A DNA stretch of 64,000 nt from an uncultured Clostridia bacterium (GCA_945929845.1 CAMEON010000001.1:134374-198373), one strand, 5' to 3'; shown: positions 16,376 to 26,677, counted from the first letter of the stretch. Numbers and translations: made by a program. The notes: generated by a model not told the origin, from the sequence alone.

Positions 16376-16831
16376 TCACTGATTATCCAGACTGTTGACC
16401 ATGTCCACCCGCGCCTGATGTCTCCCCCCCTGGAAGTCAGTGGACAGGAACAGATCCACCATGTCGCAGGCAAGGCCGGGGCCGATGACACGCTCCCCCA
16501 GGCAGAGGACATTGGCATCATTGTGCATCCGGGTCATGCGGGCGGAGAAGGTGTTCTCACAGGCGGCGGCCCGGATGCCCTTGTGCTTGTTTGCGGCCAT
16601 GGACATGCCAATGCCGGTGCCGCATATCAGGATGCCCAGGGGATAGGTACCGTCCTGTACCTTCTGACAAACCTTGTGGGCATACTCCGGATAGTCGCAG
16701 GAGGCGGTGGAATAGGTGCCCACATCCTCCACCTGAATATCGTTCTCCTTCAGATGGGCGATCACGGCCTGCTTCAGTGCAAATCCCCCATGGTCGCTGC
16801 CGATAATGACTTTTTCTACTTGAAATTTCAT
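16376..16831 (-). CDS. rpiB: ribose-5-phosphate isomerase B
   Basis: IGSDHGGFALK...CGTGIGMSMAANK RpiB/LacAB motifs. Confidence 0.95.
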   Translation of the reverse strand: MKFQVEKVIIGSDHGGFALKQAVIAHLKENDIQVEDVGTYSTASCDYPEYAHKVCQKVQDGTYPLGILICGTGIGMSMAANKHKGIRAAACENTFSARMTRMHNDANVLCLGERVIGPGLACDMVDLFLSTDFQGGRHQARVDMVNSLDNQ

Positions 16832-16874
16832 CAGATCCTATTTTTCCTTTTGAAATAAAGATTCGCTGAACCGT

Positions 16875-17633
16875 TCATTCAGCGGTGGCCTGTGACCCGG
16901 ACAGCTTTTCCTGCCTTGTCCGCTCTGCCTGGGACATGCGCAGGTAGACCGGAGTCAGGGCGGCATCCGTGGTGTAGTCCCCGGAAAGGTACTTTTCAAG
17001 GGCAACCTGCGCCGTACTGTACCCACTTTGCCACAGGAGCCGCTCCGGGAGACATCTGACCCGAGCCGGGGAGAGAGACACGCCGCCTTTCTCTTGGATG
17101 GCAGTCAGGGCGTCACAGGCCATGACTGCACCGTCTCCCATCAGCCACACCGGTCGGTCGGAAAGGGCAGGGGATTCTGACAGCTCCCGTTTGAGATCCG
17201 TCAGAGGCAGTGCCCTGTCCGGACACAGCCGTATCAGCCTTCCGTCCCGGACAGTAAACAGCCCGTTGTAGACCTGCCCTCGCCGGGCGTTCATGCAGGG
17301 GCAGAGAAGTCCACCCAGCATCATCCCATTGCAGGCCAAAGACTCTAAGGTGGACACGCCCACGCAGGGCCTGTCCTTACCGAAAGCCAAGCCCTTGATG
17401 GTTGCCACGCCAATGCGTACACCTGTGAAGGAGCCGGGGCCAACGGTGCAGGCAAACAGGTCAATGTCCCCCACAGACCAGCCAGCCAATGCCAGCACGG
17501 ATTCCACCATGGGCAGAAGCGTTTGGGAATGGGTATTGCCTGTGTTAACGGTATACTCGGCCACAAGGCTTCGGTCATTGCAGAGGGCAACGGAACCCGA
17601 CAGAGCCGTGGAATCCAGCGCCAGTATGCGCAT
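16875..17633 (-). CDS. tsaB: tRNA t6A biosynthesis protein TsaB
   Basis: MRILALDST...GPGSFTGVRIGVATIKGLAF. Confidence 0.9.
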   Translation of the reverse strand: MRILALDSTALSGSVALCNDRSLVAEYTVNTGNTHSQTLLPMVESVLALAGWSVGDIDLFACTVGPGSFTGVRIGVATIKGLAFGKDRPCVGVSTLESLACNGMMLGGLLCPCMNARRGQVYNGLFTVRDGRLIRLCPDRALPLTDLKRELSESPALSDRPVWLMGDGAVMACDALTAIQEKGGVSLSPARVRCLPERLLWQSGYSTAQVALEKYLSGDYTTDAALTPVYLRMSQAERTRQEKLSGSQATAE

Positions 17634-17634
17634 A

Positions 17635-18129
17635 TCAGTCCTCCTGTATCTCCAGACGGATCAATCGCTCCTCAGGGGAAGTGTTGTCCGTTTTTTGAAT
17701 TGTCACCGCCAGACGCCGGGGGGGGAGAGCAAAGGGAATGTGTTCGCACCATTCCACAAGGCAGATGCCCTGATCCAGATAGTCGTCATAGCCAATGGAA
17801 TACAGATCATCCTCAGATGTGATCCGATACATATCAAAGTGGAACAGGGGGCGCTTTCCCGGCACACGGTACTCGTTGACCAGCGCAAAGGTGGGGGAGC
17901 GAACCGTGCGGCCGGGCGCATACACAGAGGCGAACCCACGGACGAAGGCTGTCTTTCCCACGCCAAGATCACCGTACAGGGCGATGTAGGGAGGCAGTGT
18001 CCTGTCAGATTCAAAAGCCTCCGCAAGTCTTGCTCCCAGTTTTTCTGTTTCTGCCGGGCTGACTGTCCGCACAGTCAGGGGCAGGGAATGGCTGAAACAG
18101 TCCCCACAGACATTCATACAGTCACTCAT
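17635..18129 (-). CDS. tsaE: tRNA t6A biosynthesis ATPase TsaE
   Basis: LYGDLGVGKTAFVRGFA and SPTFALVNEY motifs. Confidence 0.9.
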   Translation of the reverse strand: MSDCMNVCGDCFSHSLPLTVRTVSPAETEKLGARLAEAFESDRTLPPYIALYGDLGVGKTAFVRGFASVYAPGRTVRSPTFALVNEYRVPGKRPLFHFDMYRITSEDDLYSIGYDDYLDQGICLVEWCEHIPFALPPRRLAVTIQKTDNTSPEERLIRLEIQED

Positions 18130-18359
18130 TTCCCCTCGCCCGGCTTCCCCTCCGCCCGCTTGGGCTGGAGGCGTTCCCTCGTGCCATCCGGGCGGACAAT
18201 GACGGTGTGATCCAGAATCCCGGTCAGAGAGGCCCGGTATGCTTCCAGGTATTCGTTGCGCAACAGTGCCCTTTCCGTCAGCTCTTCCTCTGTCAACGGA
18301 ACGCCGGACTTTGCCTTGCGGGCCAGCTCATTGATCCGGTCAATCTTCTTCTGATCCAT
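18126..18359 (-). CDS. DUF896 (UPF0291, YnzC-like) protein
   Basis: KIDRINELARKAKSG.LTEEELTERALLRNEYL is typical of DUF896. There is a 4-nt overlap with tsaE. Confidence 0.85.
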   Translation of the reverse strand: MDQKKIDRINELARKAKSGVPLTEEELTERALLRNEYLEAYRASLTGILDHTVIVRPDGTRERLQPKRAEGKPGEGK

Positions 18360-18367
18360 GGTCAGCT

Positions 18368-20776
18368 TTATGAACGCAGGGTAAGACCCAGCTTGTATTC
18401 CAGATCCTTGACCAGCTTCTTGGAGAGCTTGTCGGCCTCCTCCACGGTCAGGGTGCGGTCAGCCGCCCGGAGCGTGACACGGAAGGCCACGGACTTTTTC
18501 CCCTCTCCAACCCGGTCGCCCCGGTACACATCAAAGAGGGCAATGCTCTCCACCAGCTTGCCGCAGGACTTCCGCATAGCGGCCTCAACCGTACCGATCT
18601 CCATATCCTCCGGGCAGACAAAGGCGAAGTCACGGGTGGTAGCCGGGAATTTCGGCAGGGGCTGATAGCTGATGGTCAGGTCTGCGGCCTCCCACAGGGC
18701 ATCCAACTGGATAGCACCGGCATAGACAGGCGTATTGAAGCCATATACAGCCGCAACAGTAGGATGAATCTGCCCGAATATACCCAGTTCACGGCCTGTG
18801 CTGGTCAGCACCTTGGCACACCGTCCGGGATGGTAGGAGAAGCTGCCCTGGTCGTCCCCGGTGCAGGCGGTAAACACCGGCTCCTTGATCCCTGCAAGGG
18901 TCAGGAGGTTCTCCACAATACCCTTGAGTGCGTAGAAGTCCGTATTGCCGTACATACCCAGCGTCAGCACCCTTTTCTCGGTGGGCAACTGCTCCACATC
19001 TTCACTGGGCAGATACACCGTGGCGTTCTCGAACAGGGCCACATTCTCATTGGAGAAGTTGTTGTTCCGTGCCAGCACCTCCAGCATGGAGGGCAGGGCC
19101 GTGGTGCGCATGACACTGGTGTCCTCTCCCAGCGGGTTGGAAATGACCACCGACTTCCGCAGGGGGGAATCAGCAGGCATACCGATACGGTCGTAATACT
19201 TGGGACTGACGAAGGAGAAGGTCTGGATCTGATCCAATCCCATGCCATACAGCGCACGCTCCACCGACACCTCAAAGGCCTGCTTGGGTGTGCGTCCGCC
19301 CTGGGTGGTCTCGGCGTTCATATGGGTGGCGGGAATATTGTTATACCCGTACATCCGGATGATCTCTTCCGCAATGTCGTTCATGCAGAGCAGGTCGCCC
19401 CGGAAGGAGGGCGGAATAATGATGCCATCCTCTACCCGGCAATCCAGCTTCCGGAGGACATCCGTCATATAAGCCTCGGTCAGATTCACGCCAAGGAAGC
19501 GGTTGATCCGCTCCACCTCCAGGGGGATCTGCACCTGGGGTTTGTGGGTGGGCCAGCAGTCGATCACGCCATCCACCACATCTCCGGCACCCAGCAACTC
19601 GACCAGTTCACAGGCACGCTGGAGGGCGGGCATACAGTTCTCCGGATCCAGCTCTTTTTCAAAACGGGCGGAGGACTCGGTACGCATCTTGTTCTTCTTG
19701 GCCGTTACCCGGACAGAGGTTCCCTTGAAGCAGGCGGACTCAAAGACCACCGTTGCTGTGTTTTCCGTGATCTCGGAGTTGGCACCGCCCATCACGCCGG
19801 CCAGAGCACAGGCTTTCCTCTCGTCTGCGATGACAAGCATACTGCTGTCCAGTACATGATCCACATCATCCAGGGACTTGAACACCTCACCGTCAGTGGC
19901 CCGGCGCACCCGGATGGACGCACCGTCCAGCATGGTGTAGTCAAAGGCATGCATGGGCTGGCCGTACTCCAGCATGACATAGTTGGTGATGTCCACGATG
20001 TTGTTGATGGGACGGACACCTGCGGCACGAAGCCTGCGGCGGAGCCACTGGGGGGAGGGCTGTATCTTCACATTCTTCACCACCCGGGCGGCGTACCGAT
20101 AGCAAAGATCCGGTGCTTCGATACCCACGGTCAGGTAGTTGTTCACACTGTCCCCGTCACCGGCCCCCTTGACGGCAGGGGCGTGCAGGGTCAGCGGACG
20201 GTCAAAGGTGATGGCTGCCTCACGAGCCAGGCCAATGACGGACAGGCAGTCGGGACGGTTGGAGGTGATCTCAAACTCCACCACAGTATCCGACAGATCC
20301 ATGGCCTCCCGGATGTCCTGGCCGATCTTATCGGCAAAGGATTCATCCAGGATCAGGATGCCGTTGGCCTCCTTACCGGGACAGTCATGGGCGGTCAGAT
20401 TCAGCTCACCGAAGGAGCACAGCATCCCGTTGGACTCCACCCCACGGAGCTTGCCCGCCTTGATGGTCACATCACCGGGCAGATGGGCCACCGGGAGGGC
20501 GGCGGGGACAATCGCCCCCTCAAACAGATTCTGGGCACCGGTAACGATCTGCGTCACACCGGCTCCGGTGTCCACCTGACAGATGAACAGGTGATCCGAA
20601 TCCGGGTGTCTTTCCATTTTCACCACCCGTGCCACTACGACATGCTGGATGTCGTCTCCCAGAACTTCGTACCCCTCCACCTTGGAGCCGGTATAGGTCA
20701 TGCGCTCGCAGAAGTCACGGATGGCAATATCCTTTACGCTGACGAAATCCGCCAGCCAGTTCATTGATAAATTCAT
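18368..20776 (-). CDS. pheT: phenylalanine--tRNA ligase beta subunit
   Basis: 802 aa. N-terminal MNWLADFV, then tRNA-binding, B3/4, B5 and FDX-ACB regions recognisable. Confidence 0.95.
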   Translation of the reverse strand: MNLSMNWLADFVSVKDIAIRDFCERMTYTGSKVEGYEVLGDDIQHVVVARVVKMERHPDSDHLFICQVDTGAGVTQIVTGAQNLFEGAIVPAALPVAHLPGDVTIKAGKLRGVESNGMLCSFGELNLTAHDCPGKEANGILILDESFADKIGQDIREAMDLSDTVVEFEITSNRPDCLSVIGLAREAAITFDRPLTLHAPAVKGAGDGDSVNNYLTVGIEAPDLCYRYAARVVKNVKIQPSPQWLRRRLRAAGVRPINNIVDITNYVMLEYGQPMHAFDYTMLDGASIRVRRATDGEVFKSLDDVDHVLDSSMLVIADERKACALAGVMGGANSEITENTATVVFESACFKGTSVRVTAKKNKMRTESSARFEKELDPENCMPALQRACELVELLGAGDVVDGVIDCWPTHKPQVQIPLEVERINRFLGVNLTEAYMTDVLRKLDCRVEDGIIIPPSFRGDLLCMNDIAEEIIRMYGYNNIPATHMNAETTQGGRTPKQAFEVSVERALYGMGLDQIQTFSFVSPKYYDRIGMPADSPLRKSVVISNPLGEDTSVMRTTALPSMLEVLARNNNFSNENVALFENATVYLPSEDVEQLPTEKRVLTLGMYGNTDFYALKGIVENLLTLAGIKEPVFTACTGDDQGSFSYHPGRCAKVLTSTGRELGIFGQIHPTVAAVYGFNTPVYAGAIQLDALWEAADLTISYQPLPKFPATTRDFAFVCPEDMEIGTVEAAMRKSCGKLVESIALFDVYRGDRVGEGKKSVAFRVTLRAADRTLTVEEADKLSKKLVKDLEYKLGLTLRS

Positions 20777-20818
20777 GGCTTTATCTGTATCCTTTCTCTT
20801 ACGATCCGATTCTTTGAC

Positions 20819-21838
20819 TCAGAACTGCTTCAGGAAGCGCACATCGTTCTCATACAGAAGACGCATATCATCGATGTGATACTTCAACATAGCGATCCGC
20901 TCGATGCCAAAGCCGAAAGCAAAGCCGCTGTACTCATTGGGGTCGATATTTCCCATCTCCAGCACATGAGGGTGCACCATACCGGCACCGAGGATCTCGA
21001 TCCAACCCTCTCCCTTGCACAGCTTACAGCCCTTGCCGCCGCAGGAGAAGCAGGAAATGTCCACCTCAGCAGACGGCTCCGTGAAAGGGAAGTGGTGCGG
21101 GCGGAAGCGGACACGGGTATCCTCGCCGAATTCCTTCTTGGCGAAGACATCCAGGGTTCCTCTCAGGTCGCCCATGGTGATCCCCTTGTCCACCACCAGT
21201 CCCTCCAGCTGATGGAACAGGGGGGAGTGGGTGGCATCCACCGGGTCGGAACGGTATACACGGCCGGGGGAAATGATGCGGATGGGCGGCTTCTGCTTTT
21301 CCATGGTTCTGGCCTGCACGGGCGATGTCTGGGAACGGAGCAGGATCTTGTCCGTGATATAGAAGGTGTCCTGGGTGTCCCGGGCCGGGTGCTCCGGCGG
21401 GATATTCAAAGCCTGGAAGTTATAGTAATCGTACTCCACCTCCGGGCCTTCCACAATGGAGAAGCCCATGCCCATGAAAATATCCTCCAGATCCCGCTGA
21501 ACCAGGGTCAACGGATGGATATGCCCCATGGCAGGTGCCTTTCCGGGCATGGTCACATCCAGCTTCTCCGCTTTGAGCTTCATTTCCAGAGCCTTGGCCT
21601 TCATCTCCTCCGCACGCCGGGTCAGTGCCTCCTCAATGTTGGCACGCACCTCGTTGGCTATCTGGCCGACCACAGGCCGCTCCTCGGCAGAAAGCTGTCC
21701 CATACCCCGCAGGACGGCGGTCAGCTCGCCCTTTTTGCCAAGATACCTGACCCGGATCTGCTCAAGGTCGGCACCGACCTCGTTGATCTTTTCCAGCGCC
21801 TCTTCCTTCATCTGGCGCAGTGTATCCTTCATGTTCAT
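20819..21838 (-). CDS. pheS: phenylalanine--tRNA ligase alpha subunit
   Basis: HPLT...FYI...LRSQTSPVQ...[16 protein letters not shown] motifs. ATG at 21838 follows RBS GAGGAAAGGA. The tracked ORF start (21907) would run through the T-box terminator. Confidence 0.9.
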   Translation of the reverse strand: MNMKDTLRQMKEEALEKINEVGADLEQIRVRYLGKKGELTAVLRGMGQLSAEERPVVGQIANEVRANIEEALTRRAEEMKAKALEMKLKAEKLDVTMPGKAPAMGHIHPLTLVQRDLEDIFMGMGFSIVEGPEVEYDYYNFQALNIPPEHPARDTQDTFYITDKILLRSQTSPVQARTMEKQKPPIRIISPGRVYRSDPVDATHSPLFHQLEGLVVDKGITMGDLRGTLDVFAKKEFGEDTRVRFRPHHFPFTEPSAEVDISCFSCGGKGCKLCKGEGWIEILGAGMVHPHVLEMGNIDPNEYSGFAFGFGIERIAMLKYHIDDMRLLYENDVRFLKQF

Positions 21839-21871
21839 CACAGTATATTTCCTTTCCTCACATAGGTTTTC

Positions 21872-22205
21872 TTTCAACAAAATATCCCGTCTCTGCCGCT
21901 GTATCACTCATGCAAACAGGGACGGGAATGACTGACATCCAGCCATACACCGCGGTACCACCCGGTTTCCGGTTCAGGTTTCCCCTCCATCCTCACGGCG
22001 AAAAACACTATGCAGACGAAAGGGAACCCCCACCGACACCTTTTCTGATGGTAACGGTATCATACCGGGTCTGGCTAACCGCATCCCACTTGGGGCGGTT
22101 CACCAGGCCGGCTCCGGAGCGAAATGCCCGGCGGCGTTCCCACACCGCTTCCAGCCACCCGAAAAGCGGGGGCGGTGTTTCTCTGTCCGGGAACGGGATC
22201 GCAGG
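21872..22205 (-). promoter_or_regulatory. T-box riboswitch leader (candidate Phe specifier) controlling pheST
   Basis: The minus strand carries the T-box core GGGTGGTACCGCG (plus-strand 21951-21963), AGAGA (22180-22184) and GGTGAA. A terminator TCCCGTCCCTG/CAGAGACGGGA plus TATTTT spans 21875-21927. Candidate UUC specifier at 22121-22123. Boundaries are approximate. Confidence 0.8.
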
Positions 22206-22258
22206 GCTGTCTCCATCACAGCCATATGAAGTATGAATGCACGCAGGGAGCGCAAATA

Positions 22259-23479
22259 TCACCCGTGCAGGATGCGGATGAAGGACTTCTTTCCCTTCCT
22301 CAGCAGCTTACCCTCACGGAAATCGTCAGGGGTAAATTGCGCCCGCACATCCGTGATCTTCTCCCCATCCAGGGTCACGCCGCCCTGCTGGACAGCCTGC
22401 CGGGCTTCGGAGGTGGACTTGGCCAGTCCTGCTTTGACCATCAGAGCCGGGATCTGTATGCTGCCATCCCGATAGTCCGTATCCGTTAGTGTACAGGTGG
22501 GCACATCCGCTTCGGCACCGCCGGCGAACAGGGCACGGGCACTGGCCTGAGCCGCCTCTGCCTCCTGCTCCCCATGAACCATTTTGGTCAACTCATAGGC
22601 CAGGATCTCCTTGGCCTCGTTGAGGCGGGAGCCCTCCCAGTGAGCCATCTCGTCGATCTGCTCCAAGGGCAGGAAGGTCAGCATACGGATGCACTTGAGC
22701 ACATCGGCATCGCCCACATTGCGCCAGTACTGATAGAAGTCATAGGGCGAAGTCTTGTTGGGATCCAGCCATACGGCATTGCCTGCGGTCTTGCCCATCT
22801 TCTTTCCCTGAGAGTCGGTCAGCAGGGTAATGGTCATGGCATAGGCATCCTTGCCCAGCTTGCGGCGGATCAACTCCGTGCCACCCAGCATATTGGACCA
22901 CTGGTCGTCTCCACCGAACTGCATATTACAGCCGTAATGCCGGTACAGGTGGTAGAAGTCGTAGGACTGCATGATCATGTAGTTGAACTCCAGGAAGGAC
23001 AGGCCCTTCTCCATGCGTTGCTTGTAGCACTCGGCACGGAGCATATTGTTCACAGAGAAGCAGGCACCCACATCCCGGAGAAGCTCCACATAGTTGAGAT
23101 CCAGCAGCCAGTCTGCGTTGTTGATCATCATGGCCTTCCCATCGGAGAAATCAATGAACCGCTCCATCTGTTGCTTGAAGCACCGGGCGTTGTGGTCAAT
23201 GTCCTCTTTAGTCAGCATCTTGCGCATGTCCGTGCGCCCGGAGGGATCACCGATCATGGTGGTGCCGCCCCCGATCAGGGCGATCGGCTTATTCCCTGCC
23301 ATCTGAAGCCGCTTCATCAGCGTGAGAGCCATGAAATGGCCGGCGGTCAGGGAGTCAGCCGTACAGTCAAAGCCTATATAGAAGGTAGCCTTCCCCTCGT
23401 TGATCAGCTTTTTAATTTCTTCCTCGTTTGTCACCTGGGCGATGAGACCCCGGGCGACCAACTCGTCATACATCGTCAT
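22259..23479 (-). CDS. tyrS: tyrosine--tRNA ligase
   Basis: Class I HIGH-like (TAGHF) and KMGKT (KMSKS) motifs, plus a C-terminal S4-like domain. Confidence 0.95.
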   Translation of the reverse strand: MTMYDELVARGLIAQVTNEEEIKKLINEGKATFYIGFDCTADSLTAGHFMALTLMKRLQMAGNKPIALIGGGTTMIGDPSGRTDMRKMLTKEDIDHNARCFKQQMERFIDFSDGKAMMINNADWLLDLNYVELLRDVGACFSVNNMLRAECYKQRMEKGLSFLEFNYMIMQSYDFYHLYRHYGCNMQFGGDDQWSNMLGGTELIRRKLGKDAYAMTITLLTDSQGKKMGKTAGNAVWLDPNKTSPYDFYQYWRNVGDADVLKCIRMLTFLPLEQIDEMAHWEGSRLNEAKEILAYELTKMVHGEQEAEAAQASARALFAGGAEADVPTCTLTDTDYRDGSIQIPALMVKAGLAKSTSEARQAVQQGGVTLDGEKITDVRAQFTPDDFREGKLLRKGKKSFIRILHG

Positions 23480-23511
23480 GAGTATAACATCCTTTGTGAT
23501 AGATTTCCTAC

Positions 23512-23540
23512 ATTATACTATCTTTTCCCTGAAATGTCAA
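23512..23540 (-). promoter_or_regulatory. sigma-A promoter, exact TTGACA-17-TATAAT, for tyrS
   Basis: The minus strand reads TTGACA (23540-23535), a 17-nt spacer, then TATAAT (23517-23512). The leader is only about 26 nt. Confidence 0.75.
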
Positions 23541-23548
23541 GGGCTTTT

Positions 23549-23965
23549 TCAACTCTTTTTATGCTTGCAGGGTTCTGTGAAAAAATCATTCAGATTCATA
23601 TACCACTGCCCGTCCGGACGCCTGGTAAAGCCGATGGATCGCACGATCCCCTCGTTATCGGACAGGAAGTCCGCATCCTCGAAGTAGGCCTCATGAACGC
23701 CGCACAGGTCAATGAAATTCAGGGTGCCTCGCCCCATGACAAAGAGGGACTCCACCCGATCCCGCTCGGAGAGTTTGTTGTCCTTGACCAGAGCCAGGTT
23801 GCGTATGAAGCCGCCGACACTGTTCATGGTGAATTGGCAGACGCCGGTCAGCTCTCCGTCAATGAGGGATTGGTACGCCATGCAATCCGCATCGTAGGGA
23901 ACCACACAGCGACCGCATACAGCTTCCTGCTGGATCTTGGATTGTATCGGAAGAACTTCTAACAT
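23549..23965 (-). CDS. hypothetical protein (138 aa), function unknown
   Basis: Compact ORF filling the gap between the rluB-like gene and the tyrS promoter, with normal composition. No motif I can name. Confidence 0.55.
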   Translation of the reverse strand: MLEVLPIQSKIQQEAVCGRCVVPYDADCMAYQSLIDGELTGVCQFTMNSVGGFIRNLALVKDNKLSERDRVESLFVMGRGTLNFIDLCGVHEAYFEDADFLSDNEGIVRSIGFTRRPDGQWYMNLNDFFTEPCKHKKS

Positions 23966-24019
23966 GGTACATCCTTTCTGCCTTTATATAACTTCTATCT
24001 TCCTTTGTCTGTTTCTGCT

Positions 24020-24736
24020 TCAGTCTTGCAGCAGGCGGATCTCCTTCGGGGTCAGCCGCCGCCATTTGCCTACCGGCAGGTCACCCAGGGAAAGGGAACC
24101 TTCGCTCACCCGGGTCAGGCGGCGCAGGGTCAGATCAGCCCGCTCGCAAAGGCGGCGCACCTGTCGGTTCCGGCCATCGTGAATGGTGATCTGAAGCACC
24201 GTCTGCCGACCGTCAGAGTCCACTTTCCTGACCAGAGCCGGTGCGGTGGTTCGTCCGTCAATGGTGATGGGCTGGGTGAGGCCGGACATCTGTTCGGTGG
24301 ACACCGTGCCATCCACCAGGGCAAGGTAGACCTTCTGCACCTGGTGACTGGGATGGGCCAGGCGGTTGGCCAGTTCCCCATCATTGGTCAGGATCAGCAA
24401 GCCGTCGGAATCCATGTCCAGCCGTCCCACCGGGTACAGGCGAACCCCTGCATCCGCTACCAGCTCGGCCACCGTCCGACGCCCCTTTTCGTCAGACAGC
24501 GTGGTCACATATCCCCGGGGCTTGTTGAGCATGATGCACAGCTTTTCCCCGCTCTTGGGAGGCTCTACCGGCTTCCCCTGCCAGGTGACTGTGTCCACAC
24601 CCGGCGTGACCTTCTGACCCAGGGAACAGACCAGGCCATTGACTCTGACCTCTCCCCGCTCCACAGCTTTGTCTGCGGCCCGTCGGGACATGATGCCGCA
24701 GTCGGTGAAATATTTTGAAATTCTTACGGGTTCCAT
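24020..24736 (-). CDS. RsuA/RluB-family pseudouridine synthase
   Basis: N-terminal S4 domain (ISKYFTDCGIMSRRAADKAVERGEVRVNG) and the catalytic GRLDMDSDGLLILTNDG motif. Confidence 0.9.
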   Translation of the reverse strand: MEPVRISKYFTDCGIMSRRAADKAVERGEVRVNGLVCSLGQKVTPGVDTVTWQGKPVEPPKSGEKLCIMLNKPRGYVTTLSDEKGRRTVAELVADAGVRLYPVGRLDMDSDGLLILTNDGELANRLAHPSHQVQKVYLALVDGTVSTEQMSGLTQPITIDGRTTAPALVRKVDSDGRQTVLQITIHDGRNRQVRRLCERADLTLRRLTRVSEGSLSLGDLPVGKWRRLTPKEIRLLQD

Positions 24737-24794
24737 GCGGTACCCCTTTCTTTTTTCTTGTCCTGTTGTTTTGAAATGTTCATAGCGGAAACTG

Positions 24795-26093
24795 TCAGTG
24801 ATCGAACAGTCCCTGGATCTTTTCCCACAGGGACTCTTTGTATGTCACCTCCGTCACGCCGTACCTGGCGACGAGGGGGACGGAGCCAAGCTCCACCGTG
24901 TGACCGTCGGACTGGATGAGCCACACGAGCCGTCCCACGGTCTGCCCCTGCTTCAGCGGCGCATAAGCGAAGCGTGGCAATTCCACCACGCAACGGATCT
25001 CCCCCCGCTCACGGGGCAGAGTCAAAGTAAGCCCGGCATCATTGCCTACCATGACATATTCCTTCTCTCCGGATATGACCCACAAAGGAGCCAGGTAATC
25101 CTCCGGTGCGGCCAGTGTGACGGATTCGCACAAGGAGAAGCCGTAATCCAACAGCTTCTCGTGGTCATTCCAATCATCCGGGCATCCCAGCGTGACAGCA
25201 ATCAGGGTCACGCCATCCCGCTCGGCGGCACTGACAAGACAACGGCCAGTCTTCTTGGTGAATCCGGTCTTGACACCAATGCACCCCTCGTACATCCGCA
25301 ACAGCTTATTGTGGTTGATGAGCAAGCGCACCCCCTCGTTTCCGTGAAGGGGAATGGTTGTCTTCTGGGTAGAGACGATCTCACGGAAGGTGGGATTCTC
25401 CAGTGCCGTCCGTGCAATCACAGCCAGGTCATACGCTGTGGTGTAATGCTCCTCGCTGTCAAGGCCATGGGGATTGACAAAGTGAGTGTCGGTCAAGCCC
25501 AGCGAGGTCGCCCGCCGGTTCATCATGTCCGCAAATCCGGAGATATCGCCGCCCACCGCAATGGCGATGGCAGAGGCGGCATCGTTGGCGGATTCCAACA
25601 ACAGGGCATACAACAGATCAGAGAGGGTGAGTACCTCTCCTTCAGCCAGATAGACCGAAGAGCCTTCCACCCCTACAGCCAGTGAGGACACGGTGATCTC
25701 ACTGTCCAGTGGCATGGATTCAATGGCCACCAGGGCGGTCATGATCTTGGTCGTGGAAGCCATGGGCAGGCGCAATTCGGCATTTTTCTGTGCCAGTACC
25801 GTTCCCGTCGATGCCTCCATGAGCAGGTGCGCATGGGCGGATGTGGACACACCCTCACCCGCCGTTGGATACAGCCCTGAAAGAGCCGTCGTGGGACTGA
25901 CTTCGACCCGGTCTGACTGAATCGGCTTTGTCCATCCCTGACTGTGACTGTCTGCCGCAGGAGAAAGGCAGAGCGACACACACAGGACAGCACAGAGAAA
26001 CAGACATCCGGCCATCCTGATTCTTTTCCTGTACAGCGCAGATCGCCCAGACAGAGCACACTGCCTGTACATTTTTTTTGCATACATGAACAT
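24795..26093 (-). CDS. D-alanyl-D-alanine carboxypeptidase (PBP5/DacB-like serine peptidase S11)
   Basis: SxxK motif (ASTTKIMT), SAND (SGN-equivalent) and KTGFT motifs. ATG at 26093 follows RBS GGAGGG. N-terminal hydrophobic signal or anchor. Confidence 0.85.
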   Translation of the reverse strand: MFMYAKKMYRQCALSGRSALYRKRIRMAGCLFLCAVLCVSLCLSPAADSHSQGWTKPIQSDRVEVSPTTALSGLYPTAGEGVSTSAHAHLLMEASTGTVLAQKNAELRLPMASTTKIMTALVAIESMPLDSEITVSSLAVGVEGSSVYLAEGEVLTLSDLLYALLLESANDAASAIAIAVGGDISGFADMMNRRATSLGLTDTHFVNPHGLDSEEHYTTAYDLAVIARTALENPTFREIVSTQKTTIPLHGNEGVRLLINHNKLLRMYEGCIGVKTGFTKKTGRCLVSAAERDGVTLIAVTLGCPDDWNDHEKLLDYGFSLCESVTLAAPEDYLAPLWVISGEKEYVMVGNDAGLTLTLPRERGEIRCVVELPRFAYAPLKQGQTVGRLVWLIQSDGHTVELGSVPLVARYGVTEVTYKESLWEKIQGLFDH

Positions 26094-26160
26094 TCCCGTC
26101 CCTCCACATCGTGATTTCAATCACATCATACGGGGGGACGGGAAGAATTATACCGGAAAA

Positions 26161-26589
26161 TTACTCGTCTTTGTCCTTACCCTTGTCCGTGGGCTTATCC
26201 TTGCCCAGCAGGGCCTTGACCTTAGCGATGATCTCAGGGGAGCGCTCCAGCAGGTCAGAAATCTGCTCGATGGGATCGGAGGGATTCTTGACGCCCACAT
26301 TGATCATGTCCACATTGCCATCCTTGTCCACGATCAGGAAGCCAAGGGGTTGCATGGTCAGGCCGGTACCGCCGCCCGCGCCAAAGTTCTTGGGATCCTT
26401 GTTGGGATCGGACTTCCCTGCATAATCCAGTCCGCCGGTGGCGTAAGCCATGGAGACCTTGGAAATGGGGATGATGGTGGTGCCTGCGGCAACGATGGGA
26501 GTTCCGATGACGGTGTTGGTGTCGATCAGATTCTTGATGTTCTGGAGGGAGGACGCAATGACATCCTGCAATTTGTTCTCGTTTGCCAT
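26161..26589 (-). CDS. ytfJ: sporulation protein YtfJ (GerW family)
   Basis: NTVIGTPIVAAGTTIIPISKVSMAYATGG ... GGGTGLTMQPLGFLIV is typical of YtfJ/GerW. Confidence 0.85.
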   Translation of the reverse strand: MANENKLQDVIASSLQNIKNLIDTNTVIGTPIVAAGTTIIPISKVSMAYATGGLDYAGKSDPNKDPKNFGAGGGTGLTMQPLGFLIVDKDGNVDMINVGVKNPSDPIEQISDLLERSPEIIAKVKALLGKDKPTDKGKDKDE

Positions 26590-26677
26590 GATAATGTTTC
26601 CTTTCTTGTTAAGTGATGATTGGATGGAATATGAATGGTTTCATACCTACGAGTTGGGGGAGACGGCCGAACCTGTT

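Noticed and set aside
23480-23548. I looked for the expected T-box leader upstream of tyrS, and likewise upstream of hisS (12451-12665) and for an L-box upstream of lysA (31248-31293).
   Set aside because: The leaders are only about 26, 35 and 46 nt. No GGTGGTACCGCG-like core or lysine-riboswitch-sized structure is present.
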